Source: the human T2T-CHM13v2.0 reference genome, Homo sapiens
Length of the DNA stretch: 64,000 bases
Reading direction: 5' to 3' (one strand)
Assembly (NCBI RefSeq): GCF_009914755.1
Contig: NC_060927.1
The position numbers and the translations under genes are program-made. The first letter of the stretch is position 1; each line of letters starts with the position of its first letter. The notes below the pieces were generated by a model. That model made no database searches, was not told where the DNA came from, and saw only the letters and a program-made list of their open reading frames with translations. Of the stretch, positions 31,767 to 45,770 are shown piece by piece.

Positions 31767-34718
31767 AACAACAAAAGATGCTTTTCTTTTCTTTAAAATT
31801 CTCTAAGATTAAATAGAAATAAATCAGAAGCATATCAACAAATATGTCCCTATAGTAGCTGAAAATACTAATAAGAATTATTAGAAGCAAAACAATTGTC
31901 TTGGATCTCCAAGTCATGAAGAATGGGTCTAAATTTTTTAAGGAAACCCTAAATAGAATCTCTTATTTCATTCTTAATTTTATTGTCTCCAAAAAGGAGA
32001 CAGAAGCAGCATCCCTATTGTCACAAACTCTAAATGAGATAATTTAAGTAAAGCACCTGGTACAATTTTAGGCACATAGTAAGCACTTGATAAATGTTAA
32101 TTGTTGTTTCTTTCTTTTACTTCATAAAAATGCAGGATATATTGTGCCTTATAGAAGGGACTGATCCTGGAGGGAATGGCAGCATTTCTGTCCTGCTCAG
32201 TAAGCACATGTAACAAGCTGTTCCCCAGACATTCTAGTCTTCAGTCAAAGCCTCATGTTAAACAGATGTCCTTATGTTCAAATTTTGGCCTTTTTTCACT
32301 CTTCATATCTCTCTGAGTATTCATCAAACATTTCTTTATTGTTTCCCATTTCCAAAAGATTTCTCAGTATAGCTATCACATCGGTAGTAGGGTAGTAAAG
32401 ACCATAACTCTTGATATCAAACACATAGATATAATTACATAGTCGTTTGGAAACAATATCACATGCAGTTCTCTAACCCTATGGCTTAGCAAAGATATCC
32501 ATTGGGCAGTTGGGATGAAAGCAGGAGTTGGAGCGAACCATCTACAAATAAGTTCAAGTACGATGGGCTTTTGCACTACTATCCTCAATTTGATTTGTTT
32601 TATACATTACAGTTGACTTCATATCACTACCTTAACTTAAAGTGGTAAATCAAATATTAGACTTTAAGCATGATAGAAAAGCTGCTTTTTGTAGAGGTGA
32701 GAATATTAGGGTCCCTTAAAATAAAATATATTAGGTACCATACACTCTTCCTACCTTTAGAACTATTTCCTATAGTTATTGGTGCTTGTAATAGTTATTC
32801 TAGTTCATTGAGACCACATTTATCTTCTGGACCTCTCGCCTTTGTAGATCCTGTGAGACTCTCTGGCATTTAACGCTTCTAGCAACAGTTAATCATTATA
32901 TTAAATTCTTCACATTAAAAGTTTGACTCTGCAGCAGTCCAAAGGGTATCAATATGCTGACATAACATTTTTAACTTACTATCTCTCCAATTCTTTCTCA
33001 TATATCTATATGTGTAATAGATACACATAAAGATTATGAAGTTATCCATGAACTTTCCATAAGTTAATGATACAAAGTATCATGGTGAGTATAAAATTTG
33101 CTTCTCATAAAAGACAAACATATCTTTTGTTGCAGATAACGCTATTGCCATCCTAAAGTTACAGCTAGATTTTAGCTAAAGTTGGAATTATAAAAAGATG
33201 ACTTAGTAAAACACTCTAACCATGACTAGTACTCATATGGCCTCAGACTGTTTTTCATAACAAGTCTTTTTTGAATATATAATGACATGAAACTGACTAG
33301 TAAAGGTTTGTGGAGGGAAGTGGCATTTCTATAAAGCTGTTTCAAATGACATCGCCTTTGGTGCAGATGCCAAAAGAGACAGTTATGAAACACTTGAGGC
33401 AGTGAGCACATTCTCTAATCATTAGCAGCCTGTTCAATCATTTCCATCTCAACTTACTTCAATTCCAGATCAAGGAGATTTTTGTGTGCCTATGATGTAA
33501 AATGTACCGGCATTGTTAACTTCACACCTTAAAAAAGGCAACATGTAAAAATGAAGTATAAGTGGTTAGAGTATTATATACATATGACTGGTATATCAAA
33601 TCAAAAATCAAGATAAGATAATAATTATTTTCAATTTTTTAAAACACATGGTTGCTGTATACAGGATTATTGTTAGAGTTTGGTAGGTATATTTACAAAT
33701 ATGAATGGTAATATTATTCAGGTTTCTATGCCTGACTCTCATCCTTCTTGCTAAACCTTATAATACAAAGATTCTGAGAATAATTTAAAAGTATTTTAGA
33801 AGAACAAAAAGAAAAGGAAAGGCAAAGCCCAGAAAAAAAATTTTAAAAATTAATACAAAGGTAATTTTATATTTTCAAAATTCACTACAAATTTGATAAA
33901 TTTCTAATATAACATATAGAGGTTTGATCTCAAATTAATAAATAATATGTACATATCCTTGTGAGTGTTGAGGGTACACACACATACAGTGAATTCACCT
34001 TGTCTATAAATTGAACCAATTACCATAATTGAAACTCTGGGTGGGAGTCTGTGATTTCCATCAATAGGCATGGATATAATTAACCAATAACTATGGAGGA
34101 TGTGGTTCTACAAAGTTACAGATTTTTTTCTAGCATCTACTGGAAGCACATCTGTTATGTCATATGTTATTGGCTCACCATGACTAATGATCCAATACAC
34201 TTTAAAATATTTGCATAAGACTTGACTTCTATGTTTACATACTTACGAAACCACCATCATTTCCCGCCCTTGTCTTTAAAGTATTTCCCTTGTTCTAATT
34301 TATCCAGTTACATATATCACTTTATCTTCACACACATATACTGTTCTTTATTATAATATGTACCAAACCAAGCACAATAAAAAAATCACAGCTGGCATGT
34401 GTATAGATATCTTCTGTTTTATTGCACATCATTATTTACTAAAAATAAAACTTCAGGATAGATTTTGCAGACTTAGGAATCCCTCAAATTTACAAGGGTT
34501 CACATTCACATAAAAAACTTTTTTGTGAACATCGACAAATAGTCGAACATATCTATCATACAGATAGTTGACATATCTGTATCTATCATTTATAACATTA
34601 TCCCTGAACAAAAGCTCTCATTAGAGGTCTAATTTTCTGCATTTTATTATATAGGACTCTGGGTGATGTAGGTAGGCTGATTTCTCTCCCTCCCCACTTC
34701 CTTTCCCAGATCTTAAAT

Positions 34719-34801
34719 ATACTACTACTACTATTACTACTACTACTACTGCCACTGCTACTGCTGCTACTGCAACTGCTGTTACTACTTCTACTACTAC
34801 T
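34719..34801. repeat. Interrupted (CTA)n/(CTG)n trinucleotide repeat
   Basis: tactactactactattactactactactactgccactgctactgctgctactgc...tactactac. Confidence 0.9.
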
Positions 34802-35157
34802 AAGCTGGAGAAACTTAGAAAGTCAACTCTGCCCTTTACTCACTCAGTACACATTTACTAAGGGCCTGCAGTGTGCAAATCTCTGTGCTAGATGTTTTGA
34901 ACATATAAAGAATATATTTTTATCCTTGCCTCAGAAAAAATTGCTGAGATCAGTAAGAAATACAGATATCACACAGAGTGCTCCACATAGACAAGATAAA
35001 AGTGAATAAATAGCTGACTGCATTCTGTTGGAAAATCTGGTGTACTTGAATTTATGCCCAGTACAATTGCTGTCCTGTCTACTTTGGTTGAAAGACATCA
35101 AGTTACATGTATAGATACTTGATAAAATAAAATGACTTCCAACAAGTAAATGTATGT

Positions 35158-35500
35158 TCTCTCTCTCTCTCTCTATCTTTATCTTTCTGTCTATCTTTAT
35201 CTCTCTCTCTATCTTTTAGAGTCAGGGTCTTGCACTGTTACCCAAGCTGGAGTGCAGTGGCGCCATCATAGCCCACTGCAGGCTTGAACTCCTGAGCTCA
35301 AGTAATTCTCTTGCCTCAGCCCCCTGAATAGCTGGCACACACCAACACACTCAACTAATTTTTTTGTTTTGTTTTGTTTTTTTAGAGACATGGTCTTGCT
35401 TTGTTGTCTAGTCTGGTCTCTAACTCTTGACTTCAAGTGATCCTCTTGCCTTACCCTCTCAAAGTGCTGGGATTATAGGAATTAACCACCATGTCTGGAC
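35158..35500 (-). mobile_element. AluJ with tail converted to (CT)n/(TCTA)-like repeat
   Basis: atcatagcccactgca, ctcctgagctcaag, gtgatcctcttgcc are AluJ-type; CT-rich tract 35158-35214. Confidence 0.9.
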
Positions 35501-35854
35501 TTTTGTTTTTTCTTATTGAAATTAATCGGCTTTAAAATAATAAACATTTACTATTATTTTTATCAGAGGCCTTGCTTAATTCAAATTGTACCCCCAAAAC
35601 CACTATCAGTCTTTGGTAGTAGATGTCATGTATAGGTATGTTGATATTACATGAATGGCCCACCATTTGTCTGTAAGCTGAAGATCACTTTTATAAAGTA
35701 AAGAGATGCTATACACAACAACAAAAAATAATAATGAGAAATACTGAAAAAAATAATAGAAAAAATGTCCAATAACTGAACATTTCTTTGTGTCTCTTGG
35801 TTGTATTCTATGTGGATTTTTTTTCTAAAAACTTTTAAAATTTAAACTCTTTAA

Positions 35855-36330
35855 ATGCTCACTGCATGTCCTGGCAAATCTCCAGGTATTCTGAGCACCT
35901 GCTCACCTGGATTGGCAACCTCAGTTGTCACGCCCTTCCTGTGCAGAGATCTGGGTGCAGAGGAGGCCCTCTCTGCTTCATGCCTAGGCAGATGTCCAAG
36001 CTTTTGGAGCACTCACTCTCCTGAACTAGTAGCCTAAGTCATCCCAGTCCTCCTGTGCAGAGACCATGGTGAAGCAGGGCCCTCTCTGCCCAATCACCAG
36101 GCAGATCCCCAAACATCTGGAGCACCTGCTTGTTTGGATTAATAGCCTGAGCCACCATTCCCTTGCTGTGAAGAGACTGTGGTGCAGTGGGACCTTCTCC
36201 ACTTCATGCCCAGGCAGATCTCCGTGCACCTGGAGTATCCACTCTCCTGGATTAGGAGTTTAGGCTACCCCCATTCCCCATGCTGAGAACTTGGGGGTAG
36301 GAAGGTTTTCCAATTCCATTTTTAGACTCA
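35855..36330 (+). repeat. Tandem array of about 113-bp monomers (4 plus a degenerate fifth) in the L1PB 5' UTR
   Basis: ggca(a/g)at anchor at 35873, 35987, 36100 and 36213; shared gagcac and ctgtg(c/a)agaga motifs. Confidence 0.85.
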
Positions 36331-36747
36331 CCTCTGGGCACATGGTGGCTGCCCACTGCATTCTTCTTTGGTGCTGGTGCTGATGCTTGTCACTGGGGAC
36401 CTGTAGTTGGGCCTAACCGGTCCAGCTCCACCCATCCTGTCCCACACTAGAGCTGAGTGGGGAGATCAAACCATTGTGTACTCCATGTATTAGCTCATTG
36501 CCTGAGGCAACAAGAGCTTCTCCTAGTGAACAAGGGTCAAGTACATAACCAGTTGCATTGGCTGCAGCCAGCTCTTACCTGTAAGTGCCATCTACTGGCT
36601 TGTGGGTCAAACCACATGGCCCAATGTAAAACCTACCAACAAAAGTTAATAGGGCTAAAAGACCTTACCCAACATTCCATAGTAACACTGCCTAAGGAAG
36701 AGGGAAAAAACCCCAAAATACCCTAATAATGTAAGAAAAGAAATAGG

Positions 36748-36808
36748 AAAGAAAGAAGAAAGAAAGAAAGAAAAAAGAAAGAAAGAAAGAGAGAAAGAAA
36801 GAAAGAAA
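36748..36808 (+). repeat. (GAAA)n microsatellite
   Basis: gaaagaaagaagaaagaaagaaag... Confidence 0.9.
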
Positions 36809-36853
36809 CATGGATTCTATCAACATGAAAATAATTATAGAAATAAGAAATGC

Positions 36854-37164
<311 letters not shown>

Positions 37165-37289
37165 CTAGATGTGAAGGAACCAGTATAAGAATTATGGCAC
37201 CATAAAAAAATCTGAATGCAGTGACAGCACTAAAGAATATAACTAGCTCTCCAGCAATGGTCCCCGACCAAAGTGGAAACTCAGAAATG

Positions 37290-37945
37290 AAAAGGGGTAA
37301 AGAAAGGGAATGCGTATACCTACTGGTGGGAATGTAAATTAGTCTTAGCAATTGTGGAAAGCAGTGTGGCAATTCCTCAAAGAACTTAAAACAGAATTAC
37401 TATTCAACTCAGCAATCTCATTAATGAGTACATACCCAAAGGAATATAAATCATTCTATCATAAAGATAGAATGCACATGTATGGTCATCACTGTACTAT
37501 TCACAGTAGCAAACATATGGACTCAACCTAAATGTCCATCAACAATAGACTAGATAAAGAAAATGTGGTACATATATACCATGGACTACTATGCAGCCAT
37601 AAAAAAGAATAAAATAATGTCCTTTGCAGCAACGTGGTTGGAACTGGAGGTCACTATCCTAAGTGAACTAACACAGAAACAGAAAACCAAATACTGCATG
37701 TTTTCACTTCTAAGTGGGAGCTAAACATTGAGTACCTGTGGACACAAAGAAGGGAACAACAGACACTGAGGCCTACCTGAGGGTAAAGGGTGTGAGGAGG
37801 GTGAAGACTAAAAAACTATCAGACACTATGCTTATTACCTGGGTGACAAAATAATCTGTACACCAAACCCCCATGACATGCAACTTACCTGTACAACAAA
37901 CCTGAATATGTACTTCTGAGCCTAAAAGTTAAAAAAATAAATAAA
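37290..37945 (+). mobile_element. L1PA15/16-like 3' fragment inserted in L1PB ORF1
   Basis: Host reads tcagaaatga | aaagcatggattgcaagg across it; insert ends aataatctgtacaccaaaccccc...cctaaaagttaaaa. Confidence 0.85.
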
Positions 37946-40846
37946 TTAAAAGCATGGATTGCAAGGTGGCTCAACAAGATCCAAGACAAGTTTGAAAAGC
38001 AACACAAAGGAACATCTAAAGCAATCCAGGAAATGAAAAAAGAAATAAACGTATTAAAAAGAAATCAATCAGAGGTTCTGGAATTAAAGAACTCACTTAA
38101 GGAATGTGAACGTAAAACTAAATGATTTATTAATAGATGAGAACAAGCAAAAGAAGGAATTTCAGAGCTCAAAGAGCAGTCTTTGAACTAACCTACTCAG
38201 ACAAAAATTTTAAAATGAATTAAAAAATAAACAGTCTTCTATAAATATGGGATTATGTAAAGTGACTAAACCTATAAATTGTTGGCATTTCTGAGAGAGA
38301 AGGAGAAAAAAAACTAAACAACCTGTTACATGTATTTAAGGTAATAATTCAAGAAAATTTCTCTCATCTTGCTAGAGAGGTAGATATCCAGATATAAGAA
38401 ATCTAGAGAACATCTGTGAGACACTATACAAAAGGAACATCACCAAGGCATAGGGCCACTAAACTAAACTGTCAAAGGTCAACGCTAAGACAAAAATCTT
38501 AAAGACAGCTAGAGAAAAGGGTCATATCACATGCAAAGGGAGCCCTGCAAGGCTAACAGTACACTTTTCAGCAAAAACCTTACAAGCCAGGAGAGATTTG
38601 GGACTACATTCAGCATTCCTAAAGAAAAGAAATTCCAGCCAAGATTTTTATATTCTGCTAACCTAAGCTTCATAATTGAAGAAGAAAAAAAAATCTTTTC
38701 TGGACAAGAAAGCACTAAGGGAATTTGTTACTACTAGACCCACCTTATAAGAGATTCTTAAGGGAGTTCTAAACATGGAAATAAAGAACAATACCAGCTA
38801 CCCTCCAAACACACTTAAATACATAGCTATGAAGCAACTACACAATAGAAACTAAATTACAAAGCAATCAGGTAACAACTTCATGATAGAAATAAAACCT
38901 CATGTATCAATATTAGCCTTTAATGAAAACAGCCTAAACACCCCACTTAAAAGGCACCAAGTGGCAAGTTGGATAAAAACACAAGACCCATACATCTCCT
39001 ATCTTCAAGAGATCCATATCACATGTAACAACATCCACAGGCTCAAAGAAAAGGGTTAGAGAAAAATTTATCACTCAAACGATAAACAAAAATGAGCAGG
39101 GATTACTATTCTTATATCAGATAAAATATACTTTAAACCAGTAACAGTAAAAAAGGACAAAATAGGTCATTATATAATGATAAAGGGTTCAATTCAACAG
39201 AAAGACTTAACTACCTTAAATATATATGCACCCAACTTTGGGGCACCACAGTCATGTAACAAGTATTTCTATACATATGAAAAGATGTGGAAAGCTACCC
39301 AATAATAATGGGGGACTTCAACACACCACTGACAGCATTAGACAGGTCCTCAAGGCAGAAAAGTAACAAACAAATTTTGGAGTTAAATTTGACACTTAAC
39401 CAGTTGGACCTAACAAACACCTCCACTCATCAAACACAGAATATATATTATTCTCATCTGCACATGAAACAAACTCAAAGATCAACCACATGCTTGACCA
39501 TAAAACAAGTCTCAGTTAAGTTTTTAAAAATTCAAAATTACATCAACCATACTCTGAGACCAAAGGTGAATAAAAATAGAAATCATTACCAAGAAGATCT
39601 CTGAAAATCACACAATGACAGAAATTAAGTAACTTGATCCTAAATGGCTTTCAGGTAAAAAATGAAATTAAGGCTGAAATCAAAACAGTCTTTGAAATAA
39701 ATAAAAACAGAGATATAACATACTAAAATCTCTGGGATGCAGCAAAAGCAGTGTTAAGAGGAAATTTTATATTGCTAAATGTCTACATCAACAAATTAAA
39801 AAGATCTCAAAATAACAATCTAACATCACACGTAGAACTAGTAAAAACAAGAACTAATAAAAACCAAACTTAGCAGAAGAAAATAAATAACCAAAATGAG
39901 AGCAGAACTAAATGGAATTTAGACCAAAAATTCATACGAAGAATCAATGAAACCAAAAGTTAGTTGTTTGGAAGGATAGACAAGATTGATAGAATGTTAA
40001 TTATATTAACAAAGAAAGAGAGAAAATCCAAATAAGCACAATCAGAAAAGGCACAGGTCACATTACAACTGATCCTACAGAAATATAAAGGATACTCAGA
40101 TACTATTATAAACATCTCTATGCAGAGAAGCTAGACAATCTAGAGGAAATTGATAAATTCCTGAAAACACACAACTTCTCAAGTTTGAATTAGGAAGAAA
40201 TTTAAACAGACCAGTATTGAGTTCCAAAATTGAATCAGTAATTTAAAAAACATACCAACTAAAAAAAAAAAAAAAAAGAAAGAAAGAAGGAAAGAAAAAG
40301 GAAAAGAAAAAACCTTGGACCAGATGGATTTCCTCCAAATTCTACAAGATATACAAAGAGTTGGTACCAGCTCTACTGAAACTATTTCAAAAAATCGAGG
40401 AGGAGGTATTCCTCCCTATCATTCTACAAAGTCAGCATCATACTGATACCAAAAGGTGGCAAAGACACAATAACAACAAAAGAAACCTACAAGCAAATAT
40501 TCTTGATGAACATAGATGCAAAAATCCTCTACAAAATACTTGTAAACCAAATCAAGCAGCACATCACAAAGTTAATTCAGCACAATCAAGTAGCCTTTAA
40601 TCCTGGGATGAAAGGTTGGTTCAACATATAAAAATCAATGAATGTTATTCACCACATAAACAGGATTAAAAACTAAAACCATATGATCATTTCAATAGAC
40701 ACAGAAAAAGCTTCCAGTAAAATTCAACATCCTGTCATAATAAAGACCCTCAAGAAACTAGGCATCAGAAGAACATACCTCAAAATAATACAAGTCATGT
40801 ATGACAAACTCATAGACAACATCATACAGAACAGGGAAGTTGTAAG

Positions 40847-41190
40847 TGAGACAGCCAGGTGGGAGGGGGCCCCTAGAGGAACTCTAACCAGCCTGCCCAC
40901 TGGACTGGAACCTCAGAAAGTTTGCACCCTTTGCATTGCGGAGGAGCCCAGCCCCTCCTCTTCCTGTGCGGAACCTGAGATTCAAATAGCCAGGTGGGAA
41001 GTGCTCTAGCAGGGTACTCTGGCCGTGTGGAGGATCCGTGTCCTTTCCCCACCCGCCCCCCGGCCCTTTTCACCCAATAAAACCCTGCTTTACTCACCCT
41101 TTAAACTGTCTGTGAGCCTAAATTTTCATGGCTGTTGGACAGACAAGAGCCCCCACATTTTTACCTGAACTAAGGAAAAGTTATGCAACG
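40847..41190 (+). mobile_element. MER61A-like 5' LTR
   Basis: tgagacagccaggtggga...aataaaaccctgctttactcaccc...gaactaaggaaaag..gcaac; AATAAA at 41076; GC box at about 41052. Confidence 0.85.
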
Positions 41191-41814
41191 TTTTTGCCGC
41201 AAATGAGGGGCTCCAGAAGTGGTGAGTGAAATGGGAACTCAAAACCTCTCACTGTGATTTCTAAGCCTTTTCAACCTCAGACGTCTGAACTTACAAGAAA
41301 CTGCACCCCCACTCCTTGTCGCTTCTGGGGTTTGAACCCCCATCCCTCTCCACTCCTGGGGGTTGGGGGCCTTTTCATGGCCTTTTCCTTCCTTTCTCAG
41401 GAAGAACCAAGGAGCAACAGCTCTCAGCCCCTCCCACCTCCATGCTGGGGCTGGGACGCGGTGCCCAAGGGTCCCACACAGCCAGCAGGCTGGTTCCCAG
41501 CCATGCTGCAGCAGCTTTCCCCTTCCCCAGCCAAACGGTTTCAACTCCACGGGACAGTAATTAAACTTTTCTCCCCAGCGGAGGAACCACTTGCCTAAGA
41601 ATAAGAGGTTCTTCCCCAGATATTTTTAAACTGTTTCTTTTCTTTCCCCTACTCTACCCCATCAACAAATTAACCTTTAAAGTTTTTTTGGTTTTGTTTA
41701 GCAACCCTGCCTTAGGGAATGGTTCTTTCTGGTTTGATATCTGCATGTGGCCCTATCTCTTAAAGGGCCCCATCCAGCGACTGACTTTTCTTCTGCTTGT
41801 CTGTGTGTGCTCTA

Positions 41815-42061
<247 letters not shown>

Positions 42062-42475
42062 TTACTTTGGCGTAAAGAAAGACAAGTGCCTGGATCTAAT
42101 AATTTTAAGAAATAAAAGCTATGGTACCTTCCAGTTCTGTGACTGTAATCTTTGAGAAATAAAAACAGCCCCAAGGACTATTGGTAAAATGCAGGTCGGA
42201 TGCAAGGTTTGCTAAGTGTTTTGAGGTTACGAACTGCTTTTTGGGTTTTGAGAACTGTCTGTCTTGCCTGCTTCACAATTGGTAAGGCCTGGGGATATAT
42301 GGAACTAACCATGCCCTTAACTAAGAAGGCAAACCTTGACTGTAGTTAGCACATAATTAAAGCTAATGTACCAAGTTTTACCTTAAAGTTAACAATTGCT
42401 AGGAGTTACCATTATAACATGTAATTGAGACTACTGAAAACAGATTTACATGCAAGGTGTATAAGAACAGTAAAA

Positions 42476-42477
<2 letters not shown>

Positions 42478-42513
<36 letters not shown>
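42478..42513. repeat. (TG)n microsatellite
   Basis: About 15 TG units. Confidence 0.95.
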
Positions 42514-43700
42514 TTTGTAAAAGGTTATAAGAAGACATGGAAATGTAAACTTTGGCCTAGGGTTAAAGGATTATATTGAGTTAAATTAGGAAAAAGCTGA
42601 AGTTTCAAAGAAGTGGTGGAAAAATTTTGGAAATTAATCTTGCAGAAGAGGTTCTCAGTGTGAGCATATTGACTAAATTAAAAAAAGTATTACATGTTTT
42701 TTCTCAATATAAATTGAGCTTCAAAATAAAAGCATAACAAGGTTTTTCTAAGGTACTAATCTTCTCTTTGGCAAAATTTGTAAAGGGTTATCAAAGGCTT
42801 TTGCTTCTTTAAAATTTCTGAGTCATCATTTTGGCAAAATAAATAATTTATGGTAATCTGGATTTCTATTTCGTAATATCAAGTGTTTTAAATCTTGAAC
42901 ATTTAACAGCATTCCCCAAATCAAACTTCAGTTTCAAAATTGTCTTCCCTGGCACCTGGCTTTTCAAATACTTCGGAGAGCCACTGAAGTGTCCGGAAAA
43001 GAGAGGTAAGCAGGATTATTTCACAAGTTTAGGTACATGGGATTGCCAAAATTATGCTCAATCTTCTTTAGGTTATATTTTTGTGAATAATGCTAACATA
43101 TGTCCCAAAATTGTATGGGATTTCTAAAATTTTAATGTATAAGTGTATGCTATCAATCATAATTAAGGTTGTTAAGTTATCGTAAACCACGGAGATAACC
43201 AAACTTTGTTGTCAATTGTGTTTTTGACTGTGACTACCCTGGACATTTTGCTATTCACAGATAATTATTGTCTTGTTTTAATCCTTTTCAAAAGATGGTT
43301 TATAATTGGCTATAAGATTTTAACAGGTGCTCTCAAATACAGACTTCCGATAACTTTGGATACTGTAACATTTTAATAAAGGAAAATGAGCAGGACTTGT
43401 GAAGAGCTGAAATGTTTACGAATATCAAGAAAAACAACAGTTAATTAAATAGACTGAACTCAGGAAGCTGAAGCAACCTTTTTGACTTTTGCTTGGAATA
43501 TTGCTGATCCTTCTTTTTCAGAGTCAATGAAACTTTTGAACTATTTACAGCCTTTAATAATTAAGTAAGGTATACACTCCTGTAATCAAGATTTGGAGCA
43601 TGTTTGTTTCTCTCTGCCTGGTTCCTCTAGAATTTGGAAACGATGAGTATTCTTATGGCAATATAGTTGTTTGCATTAGTGCAATAAGAATCCAGTTTTC

Positions 43701-44401
43701 GTTAGAATGGCGATCATTAAAAAGTCAGGAAACAACAGGTGCTGGAGAGGATGTGGAGAAATAGGAACACTTTTGCACTACTGGTGGGACTGTAAACTAG
43801 TTCAACCATTGTGGAAGTCAGTGTGGTGATTCCTCAGGGATCTAGAACTAGAAATACCATTTGACCCAGCCATCCCATTACTGGGTATATGCCCAAAGGA
43901 TTATAAATCATGCTGCTATAAAGACACATGCACATGTATGTTTATTGCAGCACTATTCACAATAGCAAAGACTTGGAACCAACCCAAATGTCCAACAATG
44001 ATAGACTGGATTAAGAAAATATGGCACATATACACCATGGAATACTATGCGGCCATAAAAAATGATGATGAATTCATGTCCTCTATAGGGACATGGATGA
44101 AGCTGGAAACCATCATTCTCAGCAAACTATCACAAGGACAAAAAAACCAAACACCACATGTTCTCACTCATAGGTAGGAATTGAACAATGAGAACACATG
44201 GACACAGGAAGGGGAACATCACACACCGGGGCTTGTTGTGGGGTGGGTAGATGGGGGAGGGATAGCATTTGGAGATATACCTAATGTTAAATGACGAGTT
44301 ACTGGGTTCAGCACACCAACATGGCACATGTATACATATGTAACTAACCTGCACGTTGTGCACATGTACCCTAAAACTTAAAGTATAATTGAAAAAGAAA
44401 A
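43701..44401 (+). mobile_element. L1PA3/4-like 3' fragment inside the ERV
   Basis: Exact 15-bp TSD aagaatccagttttc at 43686-43700 and 44402-44416; 3' UTR ...gtaccctaaaacttaaagtataat. Confidence 0.95.
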
Positions 44402-45770
44402 AAGAATCCAGTTTTCTTTTCCAACAGAACACAATTGGACAAAGTGGTTATTTTACCAAGGCTTTGACTGGAAGGGTATGCTTCCCTTTAAGGAGTCAAT
44501 CCCGACTTGCAGAGCCAATAAAAGCCCAGTGGGAAAACTGGCCTCATACCCTTGCCTACACAGTCCCTATACAGGGTTCCTGACTGGTGGTCAGTAAAGA
44601 ATGTCACTTTCTAACAGGTCCAAGAGCCCCAAGTTTATTTTGGGACTTTAAGATGAAAGGATTACCCAACTCACAGGTATTTGAGGATGCAAACCCATGG
44701 CTGGGCTCGGCTTTCAACGGTCTTATCTGAAATTCCTTGTGGAATAAACTGTCATCAAAGCCAATCCGAAAGGCCTATGTAGACATAATTATTCTTGTTG
44801 TACTTTCCATTTAGTCCTATGATGATTTTTTTTAAAAATGAGGACTGGAGAAAGAAAGTAATCATGTTTCAAAACTTATACATTTGTCATTAAATTCTAA
44901 ACTCATTCGTTGTTTTTAAGGTTTTGCCTACATTTTAGACTTGCCCTGCTTGCTCCTGTGAACCAACCAGCAATTCCTGGCTTCAGTTCAGAAAGAACAA
45001 GAGGGATGGGTAATGTAGAAATGTGGATCAATATTCTAGTTCTGAGAACAATTACCCTGCAAATCCTACCAGGTGATTGGAATAAATAGGGTGCCCATCA
45101 CTCAGAGGTTTCCCTTTGGAAAACTAAGACCAAGGGAACTAACCAAGGCCAAGCACCATGCACCCAAATCTTAGCAAGCATAACTATAGCCACCAGTTAT
45201 CTGAGTGCATCCCAAGACTTCCTCTTCTTTCCCTTGGAGAGAAAACTCAATTCCACAGTTTCACGTTAGCATTTGGCTTATGTTAAGGAGTCCATGCAAT
45301 GCCCCCTGAGACACATTTTTGTACCAGACTCAATTCCAAGCTTCGAGTCAAAGCCCTAGGAGGGAAAACTGGATCTGAGGGATACAGAGGCAGACGATAA
45401 TGGAAGTTGAAAGGCACGGTGCAGGTAAGTGTGGCTGATTCCTTTCGATTAAGCCAACCCCAAGCTTCCTGTTTCATGGGTAAAGGCCACGTTAATATCC
45501 ATGGCATAAATGAGGTCTAGGGAACTCCAAGGCTATTGACAGTAGGTGGGAAAGAGACATAGGTGAGAGCGGATAATTCCTGTTCTCTAGGCCCCCTGCT
45601 TCATGGGTGCAAGCTGCTTTGCTACTTACGGTGGCACCTGCCAAGGTCGCCGGAACTTGGGAATGCAAGAACAGAAGACAGAAAGAGGACTTTTTCCTCT
45701 CTCCCTCATGTGCCTCAGGTATCTGCTAGGAAGAGAAGGGAGCCAGGGATGCCTGTTTCCCTCTTTCTAG

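Noticed and set aside
35855-36330. Regularly spaced repeats superficially like a CRISPR array
   Set aside because: Whole units are homologous with no unique spacers, there are no cas genes, and the context is a primate L1 5' UTR
41239-41598. Overlapping GC-rich ORFs (103-114 aa)
   Set aside because: Lie in the ERV leader; no gag/pol/env motifs; expected from GC content
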